A program made the position numbers and the translations under genes. Positions 9,386 through 18,963 of a stretch of DNA of 64,000 nt are shown one piece after another. The stretch is from positions 1 to 64,000 of IMG/VR virus record IMGVR_UViG_3300027749_000082, one strand, 5' to 3'. The stretch comes from a virus. The notes under the pieces were generated by a model that saw only the letters and a program-made list of their open reading frames with translations, did not search any database and was not told the origin of the DNA. How positions within the stretch are numbered: position 1 is the first letter of the stretch; the number at the start of each line of letters is the position of its first letter.

Positions 9386-10443
9386 TTAGTTTACCTGAAG
9401 ATTATATTGTTCAAAAGTTTTACGAGTTAGGATACTACCCTAAAACCAACAAATATAATAATACTTACCAATGTAGTTGTCCAATTTGTAGAGAGGGGAG
9501 CGGATCATCGTTTGGTAAAAAGAAGAGATGTTATTACATTCCTAAGAATGATAATATTTTCTGTCATAATTGTGGGTGGTCAGGTAAGCCTTATACATGG
9601 ATTAAAGAGGTATCTGGTAAGACAGACACAGAGCTTATTAGTGAAATTGAAGAATATACAGGTGAACGTGAAATATTGCCTAGCTTTGATGAACCTATTG
9701 TTAGACCAAAGACAGAAACACTACCTAAAGACTCTATTAACTTGAGCGATCCGCATCAGCTTAAGTTTTACGGTGCGAATCCCATCGTCTCCGCTTGTCT
9801 AACACTAATTCACAGTAGACGTTTAGATACAGCTGTAAACCGTCCTGACAACCTTTATTTATCACTTACAGATCCTGTTCACAAGAATCGATTAGTACTA
9901 CCCTTCAAAAACGAGAATGGTAGCATTGAATTTTACCAGTCAAGAACAATACTACCTAACGATAATAAGACGCGACCAAAGTATGTCTCGAGAATTAACG
10001 CAGAAAAGACACTATTTAATATAGATAAGATTACTAGTGATAATAAAAACGTTTTTATATTTGAAGGTCCTATTAATGCTTTTTTTACTAAGAATAGTGT
10101 AGCTGTAGCAGGTATTACTGAACGAGGTAATGCTACATTTACTGAAAGGCAGCAAAAACAAGTAGATACTACACTAAGGTGGATGGATCGTATTTGGGTA
10201 CTTGATAGCCAGTGGATTGATAATGCGTCTCTTAAGAAATCTGAGACACTATTATTAAATGGTGAAAAGGTGTTTATATGGCCGGAGAAGTTTGGTACAC
10301 GCTTTAAAGATTTTAATGATATTGCTATGCATTGTAAAATCGATGAGATATCTGCAGAATTTATAGAAAAAAATACCTACGAGAGTCTCGCAGGTATTAT
10401 TAAGCTCTCAGAGATTAAAAAGTTTAGACTCCTCTATAGCTAG
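9382..10443 (+). CDS. 61: DNA primase (T4 gp61-like)
   Basis: Zn finger CPIC...CHNC, RLVLPF, FYQSR, TOPRIM FIFEGPI, and KDFND. Confidence 0.9.
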   Translation: MISLPEDYIVQKFYELGYYPKTNKYNNTYQCSCPICREGSGSSFGKKKRCYYIPKNDNIFCHNCGWSGKPYTWIKEVSGKTDTELISEIEEYTGEREILPSFDEPIVRPKTETLPKDSINLSDPHQLKFYGANPIVSACLTLIHSRRLDTAVNRPDNLYLSLTDPVHKNRLVLPFKNENGSIEFYQSRTILPNDNKTRPKYVSRINAEKTLFNIDKITSDNKNVFIFEGPINAFFTKNSVAVAGITERGNATFTERQQKQVDTTLRWMDRIWVLDSQWIDNASLKKSETLLLNGEKVFIWPEKFGTRFKDFNDIAMHCKIDEISAEFIEKNTYESLAGIIKLSEIKKFRLLYS

Positions 10444-10861
10444 GATCTTTTTCTGTAGAAAGAGCTGACTTAAATTTTTGTATAAGTGCTGCGATTTCAG
10501 TTGCCGCTCTTGTAATTCTGCTTTGCTCTGAAGATAACTCAGCAAGAATTGTCTTATCATCTGTACTTGCTGCTTGAGCAATAGTTGATTGAATAGAATT
10601 ATTTGTACCATTAAGAAACTCATTAAAATCTTGTAATTTAGCTGCCCAATTTCTGATCTGATTAACATACTCAATATGCCTACGTGCTGTAGCTTCAACA
10701 GCAGCTGCTGTATGTTGAGAAACCTCACTATCTGGGTTAGCGTTAGGATCTGTATCAAAAGCATTTGGATCAGTGCCTTTATCGAGTGATTGCTCCATTG
10801 CCTGTCTATCTTCATCTTGCTCATTAAGAGCTTTAAAAAATCTGCTTTCAAACTTAGTCAT
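10424..10861 (-). CDS. hypothetical late protein
   Basis: 145-aa ORF with CATAAATA 5 nt upstream. Confidence 0.6.
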   Translation of the reverse strand: MTKFESRFFKALNEQDEDRQAMEQSLDKGTDPNAFDTDPNANPDSEVSQHTAAAVEATARRHIEYVNQIRNWAAKLQDFNEFLNGTNNSIQSTIAQAASTDDKTILAELSSEQSRITRAATEIAALIQKFKSALSTEKDPSYRGV

Positions 10862-10866
10862 GTAAT

Positions 10867-10888
10867 TATTTATGCTAAGGCATAAATA
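10867..10888. promoter_or_regulatory. back-to-back divergent late promoters forming a perfect 9-bp inverted repeat
   Basis: TATTTATGC-TAAG-GCATAAATA. Each CATAAATA lies 5-6 nt from a start codon (10861 minus, 10895 plus). Confidence 0.65.
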
Positions 10889-10894
10889 TTTATA

Positions 10895-11242
10895 ATGCCA
10901 ATCGCAACAAATCCCTATAGTGTCGGTATAGCAGCTAACCCGATTAATGACTTAGATGTATCAAATCAGATACAAAAGTACAAAGATGAGGAAGCAACTT
11001 ATCAAGCGCCACAGGTACTACCTTTTAATTTTAATGGTGCGCAGGAATTAATTAGCGTACTTTATAAAGATTTGTTAGACATTAGAAATATGGTATTAGC
11101 AGCAGAGAGAAACCCCCTTGTTAAGACAAAGTATACTGCACCTATTTTAAAGGTGATTGATAATATTGGTAATGAAATTTTACAAGATATACCAGAATTG
11201 CTTGATAAATTGCAGTTATCTGGTACAATAGAGCATGATTAA
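10895..11242 (+). CDS. hypothetical late protein
   Basis: 115-aa ORF following CATAAATA. Confidence 0.6.
   Translation: MPIATNPYSVGIAANPINDLDVSNQIQKYKDEEATYQAPQVLPFNFNGAQELISVLYKDLLDIRNMVLAAERNPLVKTKYTAPILKVIDNIGNEILQDIPELLDKLQLSGTIEHD
11202..11229 (+). promoter_or_regulatory. sigma70-like promoter TTGATA-N16-TACAAT
   Basis: Ends 5 nt before ATG 11235. Confidence 0.55.
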
Positions 11243-11645
11243 AAAGATCCTCGTATCGCTTACCTTAACGTTACTAATTAGTATTGGTATTGGCTTTATA
11301 TTAAATAGTCTTATTGGTTTTTGGCAGGGGTTTACAGCAGCCATTATTATTCACTTCTTAGCGTTTTACTTTTTTAACCCTGAAAAAAAGAGTCGTGTTG
11401 TAGTCGAGAGTGAGCAAACTGCATTTAACGATCTACTCGAAACCCAAACAGTAACAGTTAACTGCCCCTGCGGCCAAAATCCTATCTCTGCACCTGTTTT
11501 ACTTAACTCTGATAATATTTTTACTTGTGAGAAATGTTTTAGTAAATATAGAGTTAATGTATCCTTTGAATCTGTATTGTTAACAGAACCTTTTAACATA
11601 GCTAATGCATTTGATGCTCTTAAAGGTAAGGGAACTACCGTATAA
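11235..11645 (+). CDS. membrane protein with C-terminal Zn ribbon
   Basis: Two hydrophobic N-terminal helices followed by CPC...CEKC. Confidence 0.65.
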   Translation: MIKKILVSLTLTLLISIGIGFILNSLIGFWQGFTAAIIIHFLAFYFFNPEKKSRVVVESEQTAFNDLLETQTVTVNCPCGQNPISAPVLLNSDNIFTCEKCFSKYRVNVSFESVLLTEPFNIANAFDALKGKGTTV

Positions 11646-11654
11646 TAGGTTATA

Positions 11655-11897
11655 ATGAGAACGTTTAATTTTAAACTTAAAACAGGTAAAGAAATCAATA
11701 TGGACATCGACGAACTAACTCGATGGGCGTGTTTAATTGAAGGTGTTGAGCAGGTATCTAATAAGTGTGACGAACTTGGATACGGTAAAGATAATGAAGA
11801 GTGGGTAAAGCCTCTTGCATTTCAGAAATATATTGATGAGCGGTTCCATTCAATGAAACACGATCTTACTGTTGAAGCTCTGATGGGTAATATCTAA
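11655..11897 (+). CDS. hypothetical protein
   Basis: 80-aa ORF preceded by GGAACT-N4-TATAAT. Confidence 0.6.
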   Translation: MRTFNFKLKTGKEINMDIDELTRWACLIEGVEQVSNKCDELGYGKDNEEWVKPLAFQKYIDERFHSMKHDLTVEALMGNI

Positions 11898-11904
11898 TTA
11901 CCGA

Positions 11905-13722
11905 TTATATAGTTGATAGCAAACATAAGATACTGTTGTGTGTAGTATCTACTAATGCTACGTTAGCTTTTGTTGTAGGCTTATATTGTATTATACCGCT
12001 TTTTATATTGTTATTAACAGTACCTACAACAGTAGTATTAAGTAATACTAGCCCAGTACTCCATAAGGTATAATTGCGTAAAGCTACGTTTAATAATCCT
12101 GTTACACTAAAATAATATGTACCGTTAAGTGATAAATTAATACCTGTAACACTACTAAAGGTAGTACTTGTATTTACAGCTGAATAACCTGCATTAGTTG
12201 TACTTAAACTTGTAAAATTAGTAAGCACAAACTTAGTTTTATTCGAACTTAAATTATAAGTAACACCCTTTGTAATATCTACAGCTATAGTTGATGTTCC
12301 TGTTATACTACCGAGAGAATTAGTAGCAACAACAGTATATTTTCCTGATTCTGAAGGTAATACGTTACTATCAACATAGTAACTCGAAAGTATATTAGTA
12401 ATAAGTCTGTTATCCTTATACCACTTATAACTTATAGGTGCAGCGCCACTAACACTTACCGTCAGATTTAATATATTATTAGCAGCAATAGATCCATTTA
12501 CCTGTAAAGGTATTAAAAATATTGGTGGACCGACGCTCGGTAAATTAAGTGTATTTGTAACTATATTTTGTAGTGTGGGTGCTGGTATACTAACTGCTGG
12601 TGCAGCTGATCTTGTATTTGCAGGTAAAGAAGATACAGCTGGTATAAATGTATAAGGAGTTTGTACTAAAAATTGGGAGTTATTAGTGATAGCTGCAGGT
12701 TGAATATCACTACACTCACTCCATGTATAATTATACCCGAGACTAATAAGATTATACACAGGATTACTTGGTGTTGTTGATAAGCATACAACATTATTAT
12801 TAAAAGAAATTAACGGATAAGCAAACTTAGTAATATTGAACTTATTTGTTGGAATTGTAAGATTACCATCCTTTACTAGTAATACATAATTAGAATAAAA
12901 AAGATTATCTTGATCAAAAGCACACTGTATATTATCGTAACGTGTTGATACAGTGAATAGACGATTCTTATTATCAATACCTGTAATTGCCTGTGTTGGA
13001 GCATATACAGAATTATCCACACTTCCAATCCCCCAGCTATAATTTATAGGGTAATTACTACCTGGTGCTGGTATAATATCTTCTTCTGTTACACCATCAT
13101 CAGCATAAATTTTATTTACTAAAGCTAAATAATTATTATTATAATATACACCTTCATAAGGTATATTATATGTTGTTGATGTTACAGGTATGCTATATGT
13201 ATAGCTAGTACTATTACCTTTTAATTTCATACTACCTGTATAAGTAGATCCCCACAATATAGATAATCTATACTCAAAATTTACATGTTGACCTGATAAA
13301 ATACTAACTGGTGATGTAAACACATTTCGCGCAAAAGCATAGTTTATATCTCGCTTAACGGCAAACTCGTTTATATTAAAAGAAGATATAGCTTTTTTTG
13401 TAGTAAAAGATACTACATATAATCTACTAGATACCGAATCATTATATGATTCAATAATATCACGTTTAACATTACTAAACTCAGATCCCGTAATAACGCC
13501 AGATAATCCGTAACCACTTATACCGGGTAAGCTATTACTAGTACCTATATCTAAATAACTAAGAATAGTAGGTATATCATAACTATATAGATCTACTAAA
13601 CCACCTGATAATATTGTATTATTACACCACGGTGTAGAATATACTACTTTATCACTATCTAATACAGAAAATCTATATTGACCTTTAAGTTTGTGATCTA
13701 CATTTATATTTTCGTGTGTCAT
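11905..13722 (-). CDS. tail/baseplate-attached protein with an immunoglobulin-like domain
   Basis: Tail-fibre-type N-terminus (NTILSGG..IGT..EFAV..FARNVF). Ig pattern LTVSVSG..PISYKWYKD...ESGKYTVVATNSLGS. Confidence 0.65.
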   Translation of the reverse strand: MTHENINVDHKLKGQYRFSVLDSDKVVYSTPWCNNTILSGGLVDLYSYDIPTILSYLDIGTSNSLPGISGYGLSGVITGSEFSNVKRDIIESYNDSVSSRLYVVSFTTKKAISSFNINEFAVKRDINYAFARNVFTSPVSILSGQHVNFEYRLSILWGSTYTGSMKLKGNSTSYTYSIPVTSTTYNIPYEGVYYNNNYLALVNKIYADDGVTEEDIIPAPGSNYPINYSWGIGSVDNSVYAPTQAITGIDNKNRLFTVSTRYDNIQCAFDQDNLFYSNYVLLVKDGNLTIPTNKFNITKFAYPLISFNNNVVCLSTTPSNPVYNLISLGYNYTWSECSDIQPAAITNNSQFLVQTPYTFIPAVSSLPANTRSAAPAVSIPAPTLQNIVTNTLNLPSVGPPIFLIPLQVNGSIAANNILNLTVSVSGAAPISYKWYKDNRLITNILSSYYVDSNVLPSESGKYTVVATNSLGSITGTSTIAVDITKGVTYNLSSNKTKFVLTNFTSLSTTNAGYSAVNTSTTFSSVTGINLSLNGTYYFSVTGLLNVALRNYTLWSTGLVLLNTTVVGTVNNNIKSGIIQYKPTTKANVALVDTTHNSILCLLSTI

Positions 13723-14897
13723 AAATAGCTTACTGCAATATCTGTATCATAAAATCCAATAGGATTTGTACTTGTGTTAGTTAAAAAGAGTGTACTAGAA
13801 GACAAATGCCAACTACTACATAAATTGTCTTTATATATAATGTATTTACTGTCTGCTGATATATATTTAAATAACTGTATACGGTTTAAATATATATCAG
13901 ATACACCTGTTAAACTCCAAAAAGCAAGATCAAGTGTATAACCAAAATTATATCTATCCTCAGAAAAAATAAATGGGTCACTAGATAATGTAGAATTATC
14001 TGTTGTAGCTATATGACCGTAAACCATATAAGGTGTAGGACATATAACATCACTATTATCACTTAAAGGTCTTGAAATATCCGGTAAAGGCTCAATTGGC
14101 TTAATTGATGGTGTTGTTGCGAGTGGAATATCACTACTTAAATATACACTAGTAGCCACTGCTATAAACGATGAAGAATCACCTGATACAGCACTACCCT
14201 CCGTATGAAAGTTTTTAAAGTAAATTGTACCAACACTATTGTTATTATTACTACTAATAGGTGTAGCAAATGATGCACCAACCTTATAAAGAGTATTTGC
14301 AGCTATATTTAAATTTACATTCTGCTCAAAAAGAGGCTTAAAGTCTTCGTCGGGATAATTTCTATAATCTACATAAAGAGTACGTCCTACATTACCAAGT
14401 CTCGCACGTATTGTTTTATATTTTACACTCGTTTCAACAATTTTAAAGGATGTATCAATATTAGATATTGCAGCGTTATATGAGTAAGTATTATAACTAT
14501 ACGATGGCCACCCATTTCGCATGATTATACTATTTGGAATTCTCTGTGTTTCACTGATGCCGTCACGTAATACACGTGCACCTGACATAGCTGACACAGC
14601 AAATAATCCGGTTGTATCAAAACCAACTGCCAACTTAGCACCAGATATACCAGGCTTAATAGAACTTGATTGATTATTATTAGATGATAGACCAGAATAA
14701 CCTAAATCTATATTAAAGTTACCACCAGATAATACATAATTATTATCCATTAAAAATATAGTAAACCCTGCTTCCGTGCTACTATTACCACTTATAGCAT
14801 ATTCAAACGACCATACAATATCATAATACGGCGAATAACCTGAAAGAGATGCTATATTAAATGCTTTTGTATTAACCGTAAATGTTGGATACACCAT
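13719..14897 (-). CDS. virion protein with an L-type (legume) lectin-like domain
   Basis: AGFTIFL...LGYSG...LAVGFDTTG matches the L-lectin pattern. TATAAATA at 14904-14911. Confidence 0.6.
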   Translation of the reverse strand: MVYPTFTVNTKAFNIASLSGYSPYYDIVWSFEYAISGNSSTEAGFTIFLMDNNYVLSGGNFNIDLGYSGLSSNNNQSSSIKPGISGAKLAVGFDTTGLFAVSAMSGARVLRDGISETQRIPNSIIMRNGWPSYSYNTYSYNAAISNIDTSFKIVETSVKYKTIRARLGNVGRTLYVDYRNYPDEDFKPLFEQNVNLNIAANTLYKVGASFATPISSNNNNSVGTIYFKNFHTEGSAVSGDSSSFIAVATSVYLSSDIPLATTPSIKPIEPLPDISRPLSDNSDVICPTPYMVYGHIATTDNSTLSSDPFIFSEDRYNFGYTLDLAFWSLTGVSDIYLNRIQLFKYISADSKYIIYKDNLCSSWHLSSSTLFLTNTSTNPIGFYDTDIAVSYL

Positions 14898-14911
14898 ATA
14901 TTATATTTATA

Positions 14912-15124
14912 TCAAGGGTCTTTTGCAAAGACGCAAGTCATAGAATCTTTTGATTTAAATCTTGTTACGTGTTTAACAGAAAATCCTAAACGTTTATATT
15001 CTCGGTATAGTATATCAAAGTACTCCATATCTATGTTGATAATAATACTATTTCTCGATTCATCTAGTATCATGTAATCTGAGAATTCTTCACCAAGCGC
15101 TAGAGCTCGTTCGTAAACAGCCAC
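14912..15124 (-). CDS. hypothetical protein
   Basis: 70-aa ORF with a GTG start 5 nt after ATAAATA. Confidence 0.5.
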   Translation of the reverse strand: MAVYERALALGEEFSDYMILDESRNSIIINIDMEYFDILYREYKRLGFSVKHVTRFKSKDSMTCVFAKDP

Positions 15125-15132
15125 ATATATAT

Positions 15133-15294
15133 TTATTCACTAAAATACTTTAAGATGTATGTTAGTTTATCATCTAACTCTTTTACTCGTATAACTTTAT
15201 CATAGTCACATACAGTTAAAGGGTATGAACTTACTATATCTTTAAGCAACTGTAAGTCCTCCTCTACGAATCCTTCAATAATTATTTCATTCAT
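15133..15294 (-). CDS. small hypothetical protein (53 aa, not in the ORF track)
   Basis: Read manually: MNEIIIEGFVEEDLQLLKDIVSSYPLTVCDYDKVIRVKELDDKLTYILKYFSE*. It fills the gap exactly. Confidence 0.55.
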   Translation of the reverse strand: MNEIIIEGFVEEDLQLLKDIVSSYPLTVCDYDKVIRVKELDDKLTYILKYFSE

Positions 15295-15295
15295 A

Positions 15296-17029
15296 TTATA
15301 GTGTATATCCAACGATTCTCAAATTAATTTGATCGTAACTAGAAGGTGTAACTCTAAGAGCAAATGTTAGAGGGCCGTTTTTATAACTAGCAGATAAAGG
15401 AATAATTGCTTGATTAGCACTTCTTAAATTATCACCGCTACCTGAAGCTCTACTAGAGGCAATAAGATACTCGTATGTACCAACAGATGTCTGATTTGCT
15501 GGAGATAAAAAGCCACTATTAACTGCTGCAACAACCCACCGATCTACATTACCAGAATCAGGACTATTCTTTAATATATCACAATCAACAATTAAGTTTT
15601 TAGCTATAGAAGGTATATAACTAGATGATACTATTGAGGAAGTACCGTTAGTATAAGAGGTTATACCTGGGTAAGCTGATATGGTAGCAGTAAGGGATGT
15701 TGTGCTAGATCCATAATCTGCATAATAAATTGATATTGGTGTTTGTAAAAATGCAATAGGAGATGTATAATTTACAATATTTGTATTATTATAGGGAGCG
15801 TTACCTGGCTGTGTTATAGTTCCTGCAAATGTACTTGATAGGCCTGTAATACGACCATATTGATCGAGTCCAAATGTTGAACCACCTGGTACCGTCTGCG
15901 AATTAACAATAGAGGGTAATTGTATTACTACTGTACCTGTAAGAGGATTAAAAGGTATACTTGTAACATCAATCCCATTTTTAAAAGCAGTTAAACCGTT
16001 ACCAACTGTAAACGTTGAGTTAGCAATAAGATCTGGCTTTGCTTTAATTATATAGAGCATACCTGTAGCACTCAACGGTGAATTATTACTAGATGAAACA
16101 TGATATAATGTTGATGTAGCAGGGTTATTAACACCACCAGATCCCTGACCGTTAACACCATAAATAACTTTATTAACTAAATTAGGTAAATTAAAGCTAG
16201 TTGAATTTCCACCAAAAGTAGAACCAATTACAGCGGATAATTCAGGGTAAGTAGCACCAAGAGCTGATGAACCATCGCAAAGTAACCAATTTTGAGGTGC
16301 ACCTGATGCAGATACATAAGGCATTATTGAACCGACAGGTATTTGACTGGTAGGACCTGCAACATAAATATTGTTTTGCGCTACCGAAGGAGCCCAAGAT
16401 AGATTACCAGCAACATCTGTAGTTAGGTAATAATTAGTTTGTGGTATATTACTCGGCCAACTATAGTTTCTATTATTAATACTTAAATTTTGAGGCAACT
16501 TTAAAAAGGAAGTACCATCAAGAGTTTGTATACTATTTGTAGCTATAGCACTACATAAGCCGATTGTATTTGTAGTACTATTATATACTATAGAGTTACT
16601 AAAAGAATTAGGTGAAATATTATTAGCGGATATTGAATTTACACTAATTTGATTAGAACTTGTAAATGTAACAGTAGTATCACCAGGTGTATAAACCCCA
16701 CCTACTTGTTGCCAGTTAGCAATATTAGTGGCACTACCACCGTATAAATTACCTTGGTAGATATAAAGAATTTGATTATCTGTATCAAACGCATAATCTC
16801 CTTGCGAAGCTGTTACAAGAGTTGTTACAAGCGTTGAATTACCTAAAAATGTATTGCTAACTGCAATACCTCCAACGGTTTGACCGTCACCCATGTAGAG
16901 GCGTTTAGTATCAGTTGTATAACCTAACTCACCTTCTGTTAAAACAATGTTCTGTCTATCTGCATCAGCACCTCTTCTAATAAGAAGTTTAAGCAGTGTA
17001 TTTTCGGAAATTTCAATTGTTGCTGACAT
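15296..17029 (-). CDS. tail fibre with Mtd/hyaluronidase-type N-terminal domain and tail-collar domain
   Basis: LIRRG...GELGYTTDTKRLYMGDG at the N-terminus. Collar motif IPVGSIMPY..P.NWLLCDG..YPELSAVIG..FNLPNL. Confidence 0.8.
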   Translation of the reverse strand: MSATIEISENTLLKLLIRRGADADRQNIVLTEGELGYTTDTKRLYMGDGQTVGGIAVSNTFLGNSTLVTTLVTASQGDYAFDTDNQILYIYQGNLYGGSATNIANWQQVGGVYTPGDTTVTFTSSNQISVNSISANNISPNSFSNSIVYNSTTNTIGLCSAIATNSIQTLDGTSFLKLPQNLSINNRNYSWPSNIPQTNYYLTTDVAGNLSWAPSVAQNNIYVAGPTSQIPVGSIMPYVSASGAPQNWLLCDGSSALGATYPELSAVIGSTFGGNSTSFNLPNLVNKVIYGVNGQGSGGVNNPATSTLYHVSSSNNSPLSATGMLYIIKAKPDLIANSTFTVGNGLTAFKNGIDVTSIPFNPLTGTVVIQLPSIVNSQTVPGGSTFGLDQYGRITGLSSTFAGTITQPGNAPYNNTNIVNYTSPIAFLQTPISIYYADYGSSTTSLTATISAYPGITSYTNGTSSIVSSSYIPSIAKNLIVDCDILKNSPDSGNVDRWVVAAVNSGFLSPANQTSVGTYEYLIASSRASGSGDNLRSANQAIIPLSASYKNGPLTFALRVTPSSYDQINLRIVGYTL

Positions 17030-17062
17030 GATATTTTATGTAATTAAAGATAGTAATACTTA

Positions 17063-18169
17063 TTACTGTGGTAAAGAAAACACTGGTATTGCAAATTTAT
17101 CAACAGTAAATGCACTACCGTTTTGCGTGCTTGTACTTGCAAAGACAATAAATCCTGCTGAAGATAAATTCATAGTATGTAATGTTCCGTTAACATCAGC
17201 TGAAAGTACAGGTACTAAAGTTTGATGTAATCCGTAATTACCATATCCCTTTGATATTTGATTAGGTGCACCATTAAAACCTGAAATAGCAGCGACGTTA
17301 TTATTTGCTGTTAATGTAGTAATTATAGTATTAACTGTTGTTTGTGTACGTCCGTAAGTATCAAAAATAGTACTTTGCCAATATGTAGGGGTTCCTGCAC
17401 CAGTAGCATAACCAGGCTTTAGACCTATATTTGGAGCATTAAAAGCTAAAGTACTATCTACTCCTTGTATAGTGGTGTTTAATAAATTATTATTAGTATT
17501 TAACCCTATTCCAACAAAACCAGTTGAACTAAGTGAAGATACTGTGACTGTATTAGCTGGCACAGCTGTAATAGATAATACACTTGAACCGCCAAGGTAA
17601 CCAAAAGTGGTGGGATCAACGTTTAAACTAACGGATGAACCACTACCACCAATTAACCCGTTACCGAGAGAGTTAGTAGTAATTTGGTTAGAATTAATTG
17701 CGCTAACATACAATTGATTAGTGCCGTTAATTTTAATAGTAGTGTTATCAATATTTGCCTGTATTCCGTTAGTTGTAGTAGCTACTAAGCCATTAGAAGC
17801 AGCAGATGAATTAAATTTATTTCCTGTAATACCGTTATCCTGTATTTTAAGAAATTTAGTTGTCGCATCAATGGTTAAGGATGTACCATCAGTAGCCGGG
17901 CCAATATATACCCACCCCGTATTTGTAAATTGATACAATAGGTTATTGTCGTAAACGGTATCACCGATAGCTGGCCTAAGTATATTTGATTGTGAATTTA
18001 TACTATTTACATTACCTACAATACTACCACCGAGAGTTACACCATCACCAACAAAAACTCTTTTTGAATCTGTTGTAAACCCAAGTTCACCTTGCTCAAG
18101 CACAACAGACTGTCTTTGCGAATCTGTACCTCTTCTAATTTTGAGCTTAACAATTGTAATATCAGGCAT
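17063..18169 (-). CDS. tail fibre protein with Mtd-type N-terminal domain
   Basis: KIRRG...GELGFTTDSKRVFVGDG followed by a Thr/Asn/Gly-rich shaft. Confidence 0.75.
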   Translation of the reverse strand: MPDITIVKLKIRRGTDSQRQSVVLEQGELGFTTDSKRVFVGDGVTLGGSIVGNVNSINSQSNILRPAIGDTVYDNNLLYQFTNTGWVYIGPATDGTSLTIDATTKFLKIQDNGITGNKFNSSAASNGLVATTTNGIQANIDNTTIKINGTNQLYVSAINSNQITTNSLGNGLIGGSGSSVSLNVDPTTFGYLGGSSVLSITAVPANTVTVSSLSSTGFVGIGLNTNNNLLNTTIQGVDSTLAFNAPNIGLKPGYATGAGTPTYWQSTIFDTYGRTQTTVNTIITTLTANNNVAAISGFNGAPNQISKGYGNYGLHQTLVPVLSADVNGTLHTMNLSSAGFIVFASTSTQNGSAFTVDKFAIPVFSLPQ

Positions 18170-18207
18170 ATAATTTTATTTATGTAAAAAAACGAGTATA
18201 AAGAGTG

Positions 18208-18235
18208 TTGATATTTTTCTCTGACACTGTATACT
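18208..18235 (+). promoter_or_regulatory. sigma70-like promoter TTGATA-N16-TATACT for the glycosyltransferase cassette
   Basis: Near-consensus hexamers in the intergenic gap upstream of 18286. Confidence 0.55.
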
Positions 18236-18285
18236 ATATATGGTGTCGCTATCTTCATTATTTATAGTAGTCAAATAAGAAAACA

Positions 18286-18963
18286 ATGAAAAAAGTAGTA
18301 GTAATTGGTGGTGGTGTAGATGTAACCTCTAAACAACGAGGTGAATTTCTTAATAATACATTTGATGAAATTATTATTATGAAAAGATCTATATATCATC
18401 TTGAATCACATAAAGATTATATCGGTATACCTACAATATGGGTTAATGGTGGTAGAGAGTGGCGTAAATATGATTGGATTACATCAGAAGTAGAAGAAAG
18501 ACTTTTATGGCGTGAAAAATATGATAAGAATATTAATATTACTCTACAACATAAAGCATACGACATATTAGCTGAGTCAAAAATAAGAGAAGTGTGGTTA
18601 AATTACTTAGATAGAGCAGATCATTACCCCTTTACACCACCTAATAATATTAATATAAAGTGTATATCAGGATTAAAAGATATACACAAAGAAGCAACAT
18701 ATTTTTGTTCAGTAGGACTTCAAACAATTGCATACGCAATAAATCAAGGCTATGAAGTATATTATTTTGGTATTGATTCTTTTCTTAAAGGGCATCATTA
18801 CTACCCTGAATCAACGTATACATTTATATCACCTGAAAGTTTAGATCCTCAGGATGTTATGGATTACACCCATAAGTGCTCTAATTATTTACGTGAGTAT
18901 AAAGAGATAAAAAAATTAATTAAAGAAGGTAAACTTAAACATATTGATACTATATGTACTTAA
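18286..18963 (+). CDS. GT29 (sialyltransferase-like) glycosyltransferase
   Basis: KKVVVIGGG, FDEII, IG.PTIW, SVGLQTI and VYYFGIDSF...HHYY follow the GT29 sialylmotif layout. Confidence 0.55.
   Translation: MKKVVVIGGGVDVTSKQRGEFLNNTFDEIIIMKRSIYHLESHKDYIGIPTIWVNGGREWRKYDWITSEVEERLLWREKYDKNINITLQHKAYDILAESKIREVWLNYLDRADHYPFTPPNNINIKCISGLKDIHKEATYFCSVGLQTIAYAINQGYEVYYFGIDSFLKGHHYYPESTYTFISPESLDPQDVMDYTHKCSNYLREYKEIKKLIKEGKLKHIDTICT

Noticed and set aside
10408-10851. Alternative-frame 147-aa ORF overlapping 10424-10861
   Set aside because: The late box points to ATG 10861. The alternative translation is the Leu/Gln/Met-rich pattern typical of a shifted frame.
15296-18169. Diversity-generating retroelement suggested by Mtd-like domains
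   Set aside because: Only the N-terminal anchor resembles Mtd. No reverse transcriptase or adenine-variant TR/VR pair was seen in the window.
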